Of a stretch of DNA of 64,000 bases, positions 11,712-25,903 are shown in pieces. The notes below the pieces were generated by a model. The model saw only the letters and a program-made list of their open reading frames with translations, was not told where the DNA came from and searched no databases. Position numbers and translations under genes: made by a program. Source of the stretch: Octopus bimaculoides (lineage: Eukaryota). The number at the start of each line of letters is the position of its first letter. Positions within the stretch are counted from its first letter, which is position 1. Location of the stretch: assembly GCF_001194135.2 (NCBI RefSeq), contig NC_068997.1:29390725-29454724 (forward strand), read 5' to 3'.

Positions 11712-14700
11712 GTATGTTCATCAATATTCTTCCCAAATGTATGTCTTCCTTGAATCAGCTTTGCTTTATAATTGATATCTTCGTACCAGCATAGTAATAT
11801 ACTATCTTCTGTCTTACTATCGCTGATAGTTCCACAAGACACCAACTAGAACTGTCGACTCTCAACTCTTTGACTCTTGACCCCCTTTTGACAATCGGCT
11901 ACTGGTCTAATTATAATGGCTGTCTCCCACCACTTTTTACTGAGAGGGGCATAGTTTCACAATACAACAGTTTTAAATAAAATAGACATTGAAAAGAATT
12001 TTTATCAAAGCCAATAGCTTGGATGTTGGTTATACAAATGTTTGTATGATGTGGGGTTTTTTTTCCTCCTCCATTTAGTTATACTAGTTTGCAGCAAGTA
12101 GACTTGGGTCAGGGTGCATGTAACTTTGTTTTGTCAGACAGATTATATGATGTTTGTGATGAATCATTATATTTCATGGTTGCAAAATATGAACATTACA
12201 CATGGAGCGTGAGCAGACTCAAAGGAAATGATGCAAACCGCTCTGTTGGGTGTGTAATGCCATTTTGCAAGAATAACAGTACAAATGAACTGAGAGAAAA
12301 GCTCGGAATCCTAGGAATCAGGTGTAAGGTGCAAGAGAGAAGACCAAACGCATGAGCATATCAAAACACTCATCAGGTTTTTTTCTTTAAGTGCCATCAT
12401 TGGTTACAAAAGTGTATTACAGAGCATTCTGTAATGAATGTCTATAGTCAAGTGACCCAAGGGGATTGGATCTTTGGCACACCTCAGCACAGGGGACAGG
12501 ATTCAAACTGCAAGTAAAACCTCATCTGTTGTCCTTTGAAATCTGCTTTCTGTAACTTCTCTTCACCACGAGGCAGCCCAAAATATGGTGTTACTATCAT
12601 TTTACCCTATTTTTTTCTTTTTTTTATTTGTTTTAGCTATTGAACTTGACAACCAGTGTTGGTTTGGTTATGTTCCCATAACTTACCAGTTCAGCAAAAG
12701 TGATCGACACAATAAGTATCTAACTTTAAAAAATAACTACTGATATCAATTTGTTCAACTAAACCCTTCAAGATGGTGCCCCAGCATGGCCACAGTCCAA
12801 TGACTGAAACAAGTCTGATAAGATATGAACGTACATCCAGCTACTTCCACCACATAAAAACATTGAAGTTGCATCTCTTAGAACTTTTTTTTCTTCTTCA
12901 GATGCAGGATTGTTCGTGTTACTTCCATGTCTAAATGGTTTGACATATTTTTATTGTCAGGATGATGTGAAAAGAAGCAACAGAGAAGGGTCAGCTTCCA
13001 GAAGTAAAAGACACAATGACAAGGTAAATGGATCTTTTAACATTTCTTTCAAAATTTTGGAAAACTACCACTGCATTGCTGACATTTTACAATCTACTCT
13101 TTGTATAGAAATTGAGAGAAAACCTTGTTCTTATCTACAAATACAGCTGTTCTCTAAACTTATGTCTACATTTGCTCTTAAGTGTGATACATCTGCCACA
13201 GATACTATCACTTACTTCATACCAGTATGAATTAGGCCATTTAGATAATGAACATGTTTGTGTGCATTCATTCATGTGTGTGTACTTTCATTTCATGATA
13301 TGTGTTCAGCATATTGGTTTGGATATTTTTTTCCAAGTGCTGGCTGTAGTTGTGGAGTTGACTGAAATTGAGTATGTCTATTGAGCTAGTGGAATAAGTA
13401 ATCCAGATTCAGGGCCTTCCTTTGTTCTGGAAGACAGAGATCAGTATAGCAAATCTCCTGGATAGATTGAGAGTCACATCCTTTCCACTTTTTCACATCA
13501 ACCTTCTTGGGACTGACTCTGGTTCTGTAATACAAAATCATCTTTTCTGAAGTGTTTATATTAAAATTTACGCTTTATATTATTTTATATACAAACTTTT
13601 TAAGTTGGGCAGATAATATGATACTTTGTGTACAAAGTGCAATGTTGCATGGTATGAAACAGGCATTGAAGGCAGTGGTGATGTGGTATGCAAAGGCTAA
13701 AAAGAAAAAATGAAGGGAGCACACTCCACTGGACATGTTATGTGAGTGTTCATTGGACAATAAAGCACAAATGAACTGAAAGAAAGATTGGACATCATGA
13801 ATCAGATGTATTGTGTAAGAGAGGAGACTGTGCTGGTATGGGGTTGATCTAATCAACTGACACCCTCCCGCCAAAATTTCAGGCCTTGTGCCTAGAGTAG
13901 AAAAGATTATTAGTTTCTTTGTCATTGTATCTTTTATCTTGTTTCAGTCATTGGCTTGTGGCCATGCTGGGGCACCACCTTGAAGAGTTTAGTCAAACAA
14001 CTCAACTCCAGTTCTTATTTCTTAAGCCTGGTACTTATTCCAGCAGTCTCTTTTTGCTGAACCACTAAGTTACTGAGACATAAACAAACTAACACTGGTT
14101 GTCATATAGTGGTGGGAGATAAACCCAAATATGGACGTACGCACACACACACACACGTGTATATACAAAGGGCTTCTTTCAGTTTCCATCTATCAAATTC
14201 ACTCACAAGGCATTAGTCAGCCCATGGTGGAGTATTCTCAAGATGCTGCATAGTGGGATTGAACCCAAAACTACACGATTGCAAAGGTAGCTTCTTAACC
14301 ACACAGCAATGCCTGCATCTGTATTAAAATATTGTGTACGTTATTAATTATTTGTTAATTAACTTTTGTAAAACTTTCACTTTTAGACTGAGAAAAAAGA
14401 CCGGATGGAAACTATGATTCAACGTGAAAAAGAAAAAGATTTTGCTGCCAAAAAACGAGAATTACTGAGAGAAGTAGGATTTAACCATTTTTAAAAATTC
14501 TATTTGTTCATTTTATTTTATTCTTTTCTGAAAGCTCTTTACAGTTTCTGCTTTTTTTCAAAATGAAAATGGGAATATTCCGGAAGCAGAAACAACATGC
14601 AAAAGAAAATAAAACTAGCAATTATTACTGGTTTAGGACCAGCAGAAGATGCTTATTTAGAATTTTGTATCCAAGATGGTCTCTAAATCCTAAAACAACA

Positions 14701-16679
14701 TGATTTTCCTCTTCCCTTTACACCTGGAAGAAGAAAACTCTCTTCCTCTCTCTCTCTCTCTCTCTTTCCTCTTTTCTCTTTCTCTCTTGCTTTCTCCTTC
14801 TTTCCCTGTTCCTATCTCTCTCCACTCTTTCTCCCCTTTCGTTCCTCCCCTCTCTCTCTCCCTCTCCCTCTCCCTCATGTTTTCCCTGCAGCCATGGGAT
14901 TCCAACTATTCTTTCTTTTTTTGTTATTTTCTGGCTTTAGGGGAAGGGGATCGAATTGTTAGTGCTCCTTTTGAACTATTCGAAGTCAACACTTGCGAGG
15001 AAGATACAACCAAAGAGGAAGTTCCAGTGGGATGGCATTCATATAAAGAAGGACTGGATGTTGTAGATAGTGCAAGGTCTGGAAATTGGATACATGACCA
15101 ATGAGAAGAAGAAAGATGAACAACCTAGGAATCCTTGAATGGAGATGGCTTAGGTCCAGTCATATCTGATGAACAGACAGTGTGCTTGTTAGCTAAAGGC
15201 TGGAGCAACTTTATACCAATCAAACAGTTGGTCTTTTTCTGGATGTAGCCTGGAATGTCTTTATTGCAGCTGTAGCATGTTCCCTGTTGTTGGAACAAGA
15301 CTTAAATGTGGCTCTTGCCTCAGTTTTGTTGAATGCCAGTTGGGATAAAGAAGGATATTTATTTAAATATAGATAATGCTTGTGATTGATACAGCTCGGT
15401 TACATAATGCTTTGGAGTTGATGACCACAAAATAATTATCAAAGCAGCATTGTATCTACAAGTTGAGGACATCTTCATATTTGTGTTATATAGTGACAAA
15501 CTGTTATTTTTGTTTCGCTGATTCTTAATATATTTTCTCTGCACACAGGAAGAAGAGGAGAAACTGCGGTTGAAACAAGAAAGACAAGCAAAAAGAGAGG
15601 CTAAAAAGTTAAAAAGTTACAATTATAAAGTAAGTCAATTATTAAAAGTTTTGTAAATTCAGAGAAATGTTGGAGGAACATATAATTTTATAGTTGGATC
15701 CACTGCCATTTAAAATATATGGTTTCTGTAAAGTGCAGAGAAACTAGCATAGTAATATACGTTGAGTCAAAGTAGACATACTACCAGTGATTTGGGGATC
15801 ACTGTATTAGTTAACAACTAAACTAAGCTATTTACATTATTTACATTTGATGGATATTTGTCCTCATCTTGTTTGTTGTTAACACAATATTTTGGCTGAT
15901 ATACCTTTCAGCCTTCATCGGGGACCTTGGGGAAATTTCAAACTTGAGTTCTCATTCCTAAGGTGTTTTTTGATAAAAGGGCTGTCCCAAGAACATCTGT
16001 CACTGGGCATTCCAGGAAGATCTCAAATGCACAAGGACCAGGCAGGAATAGAGAGAACTGCAGCAGATCAACCACACCAAAGGAAACTTGCTTCCTTACG
16101 TATCTCAAAAATTAGGAAACCTAAATTTAATTAATTTGCATGATAATTAATACAATTGTGTTAATGAACAAATGATTTTGTCTTGGTTAATTGTTGCTGC
16201 TGATAAAACCAATCTATGATCAAAGGAATTCTAGCCATGACTATCCTGTCTTTTTAGGGATTTCTAGAACTATCTCATCCAATGTGTCTTTCTGATTTTT
16301 TCTTTAAGACAGGGTGTGATTTGAGAGATTTTGATGCTAATTATAGCAGGCTTAGCAAGAGAACTGAGGTTTGTCATTGACTTGTATAATTAACAGAAGA
16401 CAAAGAATAATGCCAAAATGGTTCTAACTGTGAATTAAAATTTGCCCCTTTTTCATCAGACAACCAAAAACATATTTCTACTTTATGACATCCACCACTT
16501 CTTTTAACAAACAATTTATGATGAATTTTTTCTTTATTGTTATGCTTCACCATCACCCTCAATTTGTTTCAACTCTTAAAAATGAAAAGTTTTTAAACTT
16601 TGCTTTCATGTAAAGCATTTAGAACATGGCTGTTCATTATCATACATTTCACTGTCTCATTCATTACGTACGTACGTAC

Positions 16680-16710
<31 letters not shown>

Positions 16711-19700
16711 CCTTTAAAGAGACCTTAATTTGGATTAATTGGTACTTAATAGGATGATGATGTCCGATCACTGCAGCAGGAAGAGAGCAGCAGTTATGCA
16801 AAGGTAATCATTCCAACCCATAATTGATATTATTAATTACTCTTATTAATTATTCTCTGTATTATTTTGTTAATTGATTTGGAGATATTCTTGTTGTGTA
16901 TATTATTAATTGGACCAATCCATAACGATTCCTTTTATATTTTTACCAGATTTAGTGCATCTAGAATTACAATACCTAATGTATTCTTTTTAAGATTTTT
17001 AAGGTTCGACTTCAGTACATTTTGACTTTTTTTTTTTTCTCTAGTTGATTAAGTAACCATACACAGTCTTCGGTGCCACTTCAGCATGTTGTTTAACCTT
17101 AACCTTACACACTTACTCTGACCCGGAGCAGGTAATTTCATAGTGCAACCTATGGATATTGTGATAGATCACATGTTAAAGTAGTGCCTAGTCTCCTCCA
17201 AGACTGCAAGGAATGGTAGAATCTATTGCAGTATTTGGTTATATCCCTTCATCTTGTAAGTTTAAATTTCATCAGTTTCAGCTTGACTTCCATTGGTATT
17301 TATTTTATGGTGACCCTGGGAAGATGAAGGTTGCTCCTGATATTAGACAGATTCCACACACATAACGTTGCCGAAACTGTATCCTTAAAATTAGGTTTCC
17401 ACTTTAGCTTTTCAAACAGTTGTTGTGTTATAATTGTTTTAATTTCTGGTGTGGATTGTTATTGAGGTAAATAGATTCTTAATAACTGGCAAGGAGCAGA
17501 TAATCATGATTTATAACATTTTTGAGGACTTCAATGAAATCCTGGTAGAAATTGGTCATCAATTTTTTAAGGATACACCCCTTAGTTTGATTAATTGCTC
17601 TCTTCCAGAGAAATATCATTGCCTATCATAAATATTTTACAAATTAGATTAAGTAAAACTTTTAAATCTTGTTATTAATTAGCTTAACAGTTTTAATGAT
17701 TAATTTAGCTTGTGAGTAGAATTTCTTAGAGACACAGTTGTATAGAGTTGTATTGAGTTCATTATTTTCTTTAAGGTTTCCATAGTTATGTGGATACTTC
17801 TGAAGTATGACTGACTGTTTAATATAATAGAATAGTTTTGGTTTACTAATTCCAATTCTTTACTTGTTGGCAGGAATCAAGGAAACAGAAGCATGAAAAA
17901 AAGTCAAAAAGTCATGACATAATAGAATCGGTAAGTTATAATAAAGATAGTATTAAATTTAATTTATTATTCATTTCTACCAACATTTGAAGAAGTTGAA
18001 ATGTTGTAATATTTTGCCCAAAGAATGGAATTCAATGAACAGTTGACATTTGAAGAGAACATCATTTAGAAAGCAATTGGGTTGTAAAAGCATTACCATA
18101 TGTATTGTAGAAGAGAGACACATGTTAGATTGAACATGTCAATAGGTGGTATATGCTATGTGAAAGAATGTTGTGGACCAATGGTAGAAATGTCTTCTGT
18201 ATAAATAACAGATTGGTAGGAAACACTACTCTGTTAAATGTAATCTTGCAAAATACTGATGCCACTGCAAAAAGAAGTGTTACTCATCTCTAGAATTGCC
18301 TTTCTTTGCTATTTGGTCCATTTCTCTTTTCCATATTCTATTGTTAAACAGCATTTATGTATGACGGACGGTCCTAGCGTTTATAAGTGGAAGTGAGTGC
18401 CACAAATGAAATGCTAAAATTTATTTTCTATTTGGTTAATTGATTACTTTGTTTGCTAATTTCATTTCGACTAATTCATCTCCATATTTAACTTGATTTG
18501 AGTTTGAATTACCCAAAATGTTTATATTGCTCTGCTGCTCATTTCATATTTTATTTATCTTCCATCAATTTCAATAACTTTCCTTTTTAGTTCCTCCAAG
18601 CAAGGGTCCCCACCACTTAGCTGCAGACCAGTATCAGACCATGGATTATTTGGTACCTGGCTGCTCAAAAAGAACAAATTGGATTTCTCTTTAATTGGCT
18701 ATCACTGTCTGTAGGGTATTTTTGCATTACATATGTATTACGTAATATATATATGTATTACATATATGTAATAATTAATTTATATATTCATGCACTTTGT
18801 TTTGTCATGTGTGTGTGATTCCTGAGTCTATGATGCAAAAAAAAAACAGGTTGAAGACCACTGCTTCACAGAATATCTAAATTTAAACCTAACACATTTC
18901 AGTGTGAGGAACAATATCATCAATTCTGTTTTGGTATTTTTCCTGCTTTTGCTTCATGATTCCCAAATGCTGTCTTGGCCGTTTCTTCATCCTTGACTCG
19001 TCTGTTTACTTTCTCTTATTGAATTAAATGGAGCAACTTTGCTTTTATGTTTTCTTCTAAACATGAAGCAACACCCACACTTTATCATCCGATTATTCAT
19101 TATCCAATAATGAATAATCGGATTTCTTACTCTTCTCTAAATTTGATCCTCCATTACATTTCTGGACAAAATCCCTTCTTTGACAATTTCATTAGTTTTT
19201 TAAATATTCTTTTTTATTTTTCAATTTCTAAATTTTACTTTGTTTTTTTTTTTTTCTTTCTTTCTCTAGAAATTTGTTTTCTATGTTTGGTTATCAATTT
19301 TTCTTCTACTGTGGCATTTCATTCTGCCACAAGATAGATTATCATCCTCTATAATCTCTTAAATGTAATAATGATATCCAAAAGTTTTGGTTTATGTAGA
19401 GAAAGTTTCCCTTGTTATTCTGCATCCGGGTGGATTTGAAGATTCAATGGTGGTGAGTGTGGGTGTGTTAAAATTCCTTCTATTAATATTTAGGATCAAA
19501 GCTCTATAAGGTTTTCGTCATTTTGGTTCATCGAATCTCCCCTTTCTTCATCCATGACATTCCAGGTTTTCATTATCTTCACCAACCTTAACATTAAAGT
19601 CTCCTGACAATAACAGAAAGTTGATTTGTGAAGTTTTATCAACAGCTGTTTGCAATTTCTCCCAGACTATATTCTTCAGCCTACAAATGTTGTTTAAATA

Positions 19701-22700
19701 TCTGCACTTTTCATTTCAGAGAGAATCGGAGAAAAAACATAGAAAACAGAAAGAATCTGTGAAAAAAAATGAGGAAGTAAATTTACTTTCTAACAATTTT
19801 AATTTTAAAAACTAAACTTTGAAATTTATATAGATTCTTCATTTTTGTATTTGGTTTGCAGGATTCTTTATGTAAATTTGTGTAATGAATCTCCATAGAC
19901 ACAGTCAAATTTATATAGATCTTGGGTCTATATAGATTGGTTGGGTCTGGGAGAAAACTCAGAGAAATGTAGGAAGTTTAGAAATTTAGGTGAGTGACTC
20001 AAAATCCATTTGTGTATGGTGGTGGTGGGGGGTTTAAGCTGTTGTGAATTAGATGATGTTATTAACCATTGTCTCATTAGATATTCTTATAAAACATTAC
20101 CTTTACCAACATTGTAATTATTTTTCAGTTTTTTTTCTAGAAAACATTTCCCCCTGGTACTCACTGGCACAGGTAGGAATATTTTTGGCAACTGGCTGTA
20201 TGTCAAGTTTAGGAACTCTACATAATTCTCTAATCTGATCTAAACGCTTAAAACTGAGTAAGTTTCTCAAAAGAAACATTAGTTTTCTAACTTTTCACAG
20301 GACAAGTAATTCAGACCTCCGACTAGTGAAGGGAAAAAATAGTCGAAGTATCTGTGTGTATCACATTACTGCCATTTATAGGATAGTATCACTCACTCAC
20401 AATTATCATGCAATGACAAGGGTGACACAACTGCACACATACCCATACAGTGGGCTTCTTTCAGTTTCAAATCCACTCACAAGGCTTTGGTCAGCTTAGA
20501 GCTAGTAGAAGACATTTGTCCAAAGTGCCTTGCAGTAGGACCACATGCCACTTTGGGTGGGCAACATCAATAAAACAAGCAGTTGTAATGCAGGAGACCC
20601 GACTCCTTTGACACACCATCTCTCGTTATAGAAACTGGTTTTGAGGTTAGTTAAAAATCCTTATTTAATAAAATAATATAAAATGAGAGAGAGAAAGAGG
20701 GGGTGGGGGAGAGTTTGAAGGATGTAAATTAAACTAATTTTCATAGAGTACAAGAATTAGAAATGTTAATGTTTGTGAAGAAACTAAATTTGGTTATTTT
20801 GGAACTGGTTTCTTCTTCTAATGTTTGACACAATTTAACATTGTATGGTAGAATGTAGAAGCAGCATAATGTATGCCTCTCAACTAATTATCAGTTTATT
20901 CTACAGGCAGAAACGTCCAGGAAAAGAGAAAAGAAAGATTCCAAGTCTAAACATTACAGATACGAAGAAGTAAGTAAAATGAACGTAACAAAAATCTTAT
21001 AATTCTGCTTGTCATTGTAACGCTTTCATGTGATTAGAGAAAAAGGAGAGAGAGAGAAGCGTCCATGACATGAGTTAGAGGGAATGTAATTGTAACACTG
21101 TCACGTGATCGGTTGAAGGGAAAGAGAGGAGAGAGAAAAAGAAGATAAGGTGAAGAGTGAGGCAGAAAGAAAGAAAAAGAGAGATGTCCATGATGTGAGG
21201 TAGGGGGGAACATAATAATTTTAGCAGAGGGGTGATATTCTGCTGGTGAGGTTAAAGAAAGACAGAGAGGGAGAGATGATGGTGGTGGTGATTGGATAGT
21301 GAAAAGTGTATTTGTTTTATTTAATTGGACTAAGTCTTTTATCTCACCTCTTACTTAACACATGTGCATAAGTGCAATTCTGTGAAATATTCATGCTTAT
21401 TTTCTTGGCAGACATATGCAATTTAACTAAAGGTTGTATCATATGTATGGAATATTTTTTTTTTGATTTTGGGAAAATGTAAAAATAAGTAAATATTTAT
21501 TTTATGAGTGCTGTGTATTAAGTCTATAAAATTGTGTATAAAGTGCATTAAGTAACCNNNNNNNNNNNNNNNNNNNNNNNNNNNNNNNNNNNNNNNNNNN
21601 NNNNNNNNNNNNNNNNNNNNNNNNNNNNNNNNNNNNNNNNNNNNNNNNNNNNNNNNNNNNNNNNNNNNNNNNNNNNNNNNNNNNNNNNNNNNNNNNNNNN
21701 NNNNNNNNNNNNNNNNNNNNNNNNNNNNNNNNNNNNNNNNNNNNNNNNNNNNNNNNNNNNNNNNNNNNNNNTGTTATTTAGCTATAAAAAGATAATAATT
21801 AAAAGGGGGGCAAGAGGGACATGCAACCCTGGTCAACGTTTTCTGTTTTATTGTGTGTGCGTGTAGTGGGAGGAATTTATGTATTCAGTAATGTTTTTTT
21901 GAATTCTGGAGTAGAAAACTAAACGACTGCCCTGGGCAACACAAACGGCGGCTCTCCTTGATTAAATAGATTTGCAATGAAATTGTTGTAGCAAAACACT
22001 TCATTTCATGTTGCTCCAGTCCACTCAGCACTTGCACCAGACCAGCATCCCGTCCAGGTGGGGATTATATATGCCACTGAAACCAGGAAACTGCCCCTAA
22101 TGAGCCTGGCATGGCTCAAGAAAGAAACATTTATTTTCTATTTTCTACTATTAAGACAGTAAAGTGTAATTTGAAGGAAATTTTGCTACTATTCCTAGCA
22201 GGTCGAGTGACTTCATAGAACAGAGATTTCATTTTAGAGAACTTACCAAAGGCACATCTTTGCTGAGAAAAATAATGCATCTTTAATTTTTAAAATTCAT
22301 TCATGTGAAACTTATAAGACTTAAAGCATTTAATTTATATGGCTTTGGGAGACTTGGTTAAGGGTGATTCCAAATTTAAATGTGGGAGAGATTTCACTTG
22401 AAAGTTAGGGGTTCCCCATCCCTGAGGTAGGAGCTATTTTCATTGGATCATTATAGTGAAAATTGTGTGAGTAGATCATTGTGATTTCATTGCAGGGTAA
22501 TGAAAAAAAGTCAAAAGAAGAAAGAAAGAAAGAAAATTCTGAAACATCTGTGAGTAATTAGTGAATTATTCTATTGTTTCTTATTATTATTGTTTAACAC
22601 CAGGTCAGCTATAATTGAGCATATCTTTGGTGGATAACTTGTTTTTAAAAAGGGACACCTCACCCTTCCTGCTGCTAATTGCTCAACTGTCAATGAGGCA

Positions 22701-23569
22701 GACAATGAGTTATATACTTTGCTCAAATGCACAACAGTATTTGGTACCTAAGTTTGAACTCACGACTATGTATGTCATTTTTTATAATTTCTATTTCCTT
22801 GGTTTATTTCAGCCAATTGATCGTCCATCCACAGCTTATGATACACTTCCACAACAGCTGTTTATGTCAGTCCAGTTTTAAAAAAAAAATTAGGAAAAAG
22901 AGTAGTGACAATACGCACCCTTGCTGAGGTCCAACACCCATATTGGGACATTTTGACTCAGTACCATTTATCAGAACATCTGACTATTTGTATGGGGACT
23001 TCACAGTAACCAGAAATTACCCATTACTCCCAGACTCTTGCAAAACCCACCACAGTATGTCCCCTGTACTCAGTTATACACCTTTTCTAGGCTTACAAAG
23101 CAAGCATATGCTGCAAGGCATGTGCTTGATTTGAAGACATGGAGGAGGTGTCTGAGCACTCTGCTGCCATAGCTTTCTAAGGAACGGTGGGCAGCAAAAC
23201 TGAACCGATAGGTAGTTTCAGACTCACACGTAAGATCCTGTTAGAACTCCACCTTCATGGAGATCATAATGTGTTAGAAACCTCACAGCTTTAGCAATGA
23301 ATTTCCTGCCAATGGTTTCTTAACTCACCTGTTTATTCATTCTTTCATTTTATATCGCTTTTTTTCTCCATGCTTGAATGGGTTTGACAAATATATTATT
23401 GAGGCATTGTTTTACAGTTGGATGCTCTTCCTGTTACTAACACCGCCTCTTATTGAAGTAAGAAATCTCATTTCACATACCTATGAAGGCACAAAATGAG
23501 CAGACAAAATGTTGACAGAAATGACAGCAAATAACAGCACAACTTGTAGTGACCATTGTAGAACACTAA

Positions 23570-23606
<37 letters not shown>

Positions 23607-25852
23607 AGGTTTCTTTTAGATTCCATCTACCAAATTCAATTGCAAGGCATTGGTCAGCCCTGGGTTATAGTAGAAGACACTGCTCCACAATGGTATTGAA
23701 CCCCAAACCATGTAGTTGGGATGCAAGCTTTTTAACCACATATCCATACACGTTTCCTAATTGTTTCCTTTTTTTCTCTTCAGCTCAGACACCACGAGAA
23801 GACTGTAAGATATAACAGCCATGCCGATGACAGTCCGAAACGTAAACACTCAGGAGAATCTCATAAATCATTGAGAAAGAAAGAGGACTTGAAGCAAGAC
23901 ATTTCTCTACTCAAACACGATTTTCCAGAAAATACAGTAAGACATTGTCTACAATTAATTATTACAACAATGTTTTCATGTGTGTGTGTGTGTGAAGAAG
24001 GTAGAGGGTAGTTAATACAGGGTGCGGTGGATAAACTGTCTAAATTATGCAAAAATGGAAATAACACTGACATCTCATTTTAACAGATATATTTACCAAA
24101 ATTACATAAAAATATCTTGAAATACTAACGAGTAAATTTATTTAACAAAATCGCCATTGGCTTCAACCACGGCCTCCAGATGACTTCGGAATCTCCTGTA
24201 ACTCGTCTGGAATCTTGCTTTTGATAAATGTTTGTTGTAAAATAACAGAACATTTTGCAAAGATGTTGCTAACTAAAATTATCAACAGTGTCACCACTTA
24301 AAGTAATTTCATTTTTAGTCTGACCAATGGTAGTTTATTGATGATAATGACAGTAAATTGTCTTTGATTCAGGAAGATAAAAAGCATGAAGTTACATCAT
24401 TCTCCTAAAATAAGGTGGTCAGCTGACAAACTCATTAATGGCAAACTTTTTGGTTCTTTGTGTTCTTAGTTCAGAAAATGAATTATTAAAGAAAACTACA
24501 CAAGGATATGAATTAATAAAGAGTATCAACAGATGATTCCTGGAAGCATTATTCATGTTATGTTTTCTTTTTTCAAAAATGGTGATAAGAACTTTAGTTA
24601 GTTATAGTTTATACTAAAGAGTCAATGGTTCTGTATCCCTGGACCAATATTGTTTGCTTAGTTTTTTTTCTTCCTATTACATTCTAACCTTTCATTCGTG
24701 TGGCGTTGATAAAATAAATTAACAATCAAATTCTGAGATGGATTTAATATTCCTACAAAGAAGCAGAGATGTAAAAGGAATTATAATTGCATGCAAGGGA
24801 AGAAAGGGAGAGGTTATCAAAGGGAAGTAATTCTCAGTTCCAGCGCGGTGTTTACTTAAGTCCGGTTTGTCAAATTTGCTGTTTCACTTTCGGTGATTGT
24901 CTCTTCGACTTTACAACATGACTGAAGGTTTAGCAAATCTTGTATCTATTGACTTTGAAGTTTTCGGTATTGTACAAGGTGTATTCTTCCGAAAGCACAC
25001 GTACGAAAAGGCAATTAGTCTGAATTTAGCTGGTTGGGTACTAAATACCTACCACGGTACCGTGAAAGGTAATATACAAGGAAGCGAAGCAAATGTGGAA
25101 AAGATGAAAATATGGTTATCTGAGGTAGGCAGTCCTTCGTCTCGCATCGACAAATGCACGTTTTCGAATCGGCAGAATATTCCCTGTTTGGAACACAAAG
25201 GTTTTAGAATTATTAAAGATTAGTTCTTTGGAAGACGCTGAACATTAGTTCCACCTGCTGAAATGGAAACGTTACTGAACAAGAATTTACAACTTTTAAA
25301 GATGAATTTGGAAATGAAGACTTATATTGTTTTGTTCACTGCACATGCATATAACAAAAATACCAATAAAAATGTTTGATTTTTGTGGCATCAAAATCCC
25401 ATTATTTATTTTCTCAATGACTGTATTTTGTAGAATTTTCATGGGTGGTTTAAAAGTTTGAAACTTGAAATAACTCTCTCTGAGTAAATCTTAATTTTTA
25501 TTTGATACACCCATAAGTATGTTTGACTTAAGAAGTGTTTACCATTATTTCCTAGACGACGGTTGTCTCTTACTAATCTGTGATTTAACATAAAGTCTGC
25601 ACATCTTGTGCCAATCCATGGCTGATTTCCTTTCTGTTAACTAAATTACGAAAAAGTTGATGTCTTTGGATGAGATTTAAAACTACATCATCGTCCACAA
25701 GACGCCTACTTTTTCTCTCCTCGCGTCTGCAGGTTGTGAATCTAAGACGGGAAATGTGAGGATTCGAAATTGAAAACAAAAACCTTACTTTCCCTGACTT
25801 CAATTACTAAGCTATCATTTTGAATTTCAAAATATCTTTTCCCCATTCGTTC

Positions 25853-25903
<51 letters not shown>

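Noticed and set aside
12902-12960. Competing upstream acceptor for WDR60 exon 2
   Set aside because: It adds 59 nt and meets a stop in the phase-0 frame; at most an NMD isoform, with no other support.
14700-15104. 134-aa ORF and its antisense ERER ORF
   Set aside because: Both derive from a (CT)n tract plus degenerate repeat sequence.
20301-20347. Extra WDR60 exon after acttttcacag
   Set aside because: GAC AAG TAA gives a stop in the required phase-0 frame.
24373-24408. Candidate exon EDKKHEVTSFS*
   Set aside because: No good donor before the stop; it cannot be supported without transcripts.
24838-24917. ACYP as an alternative terminal exon fused to WDR60
   Set aside because: There is an in-frame TGA at 24894-24896, and the nearest AG (24836-24837) is out of frame for a phase-0 junction.
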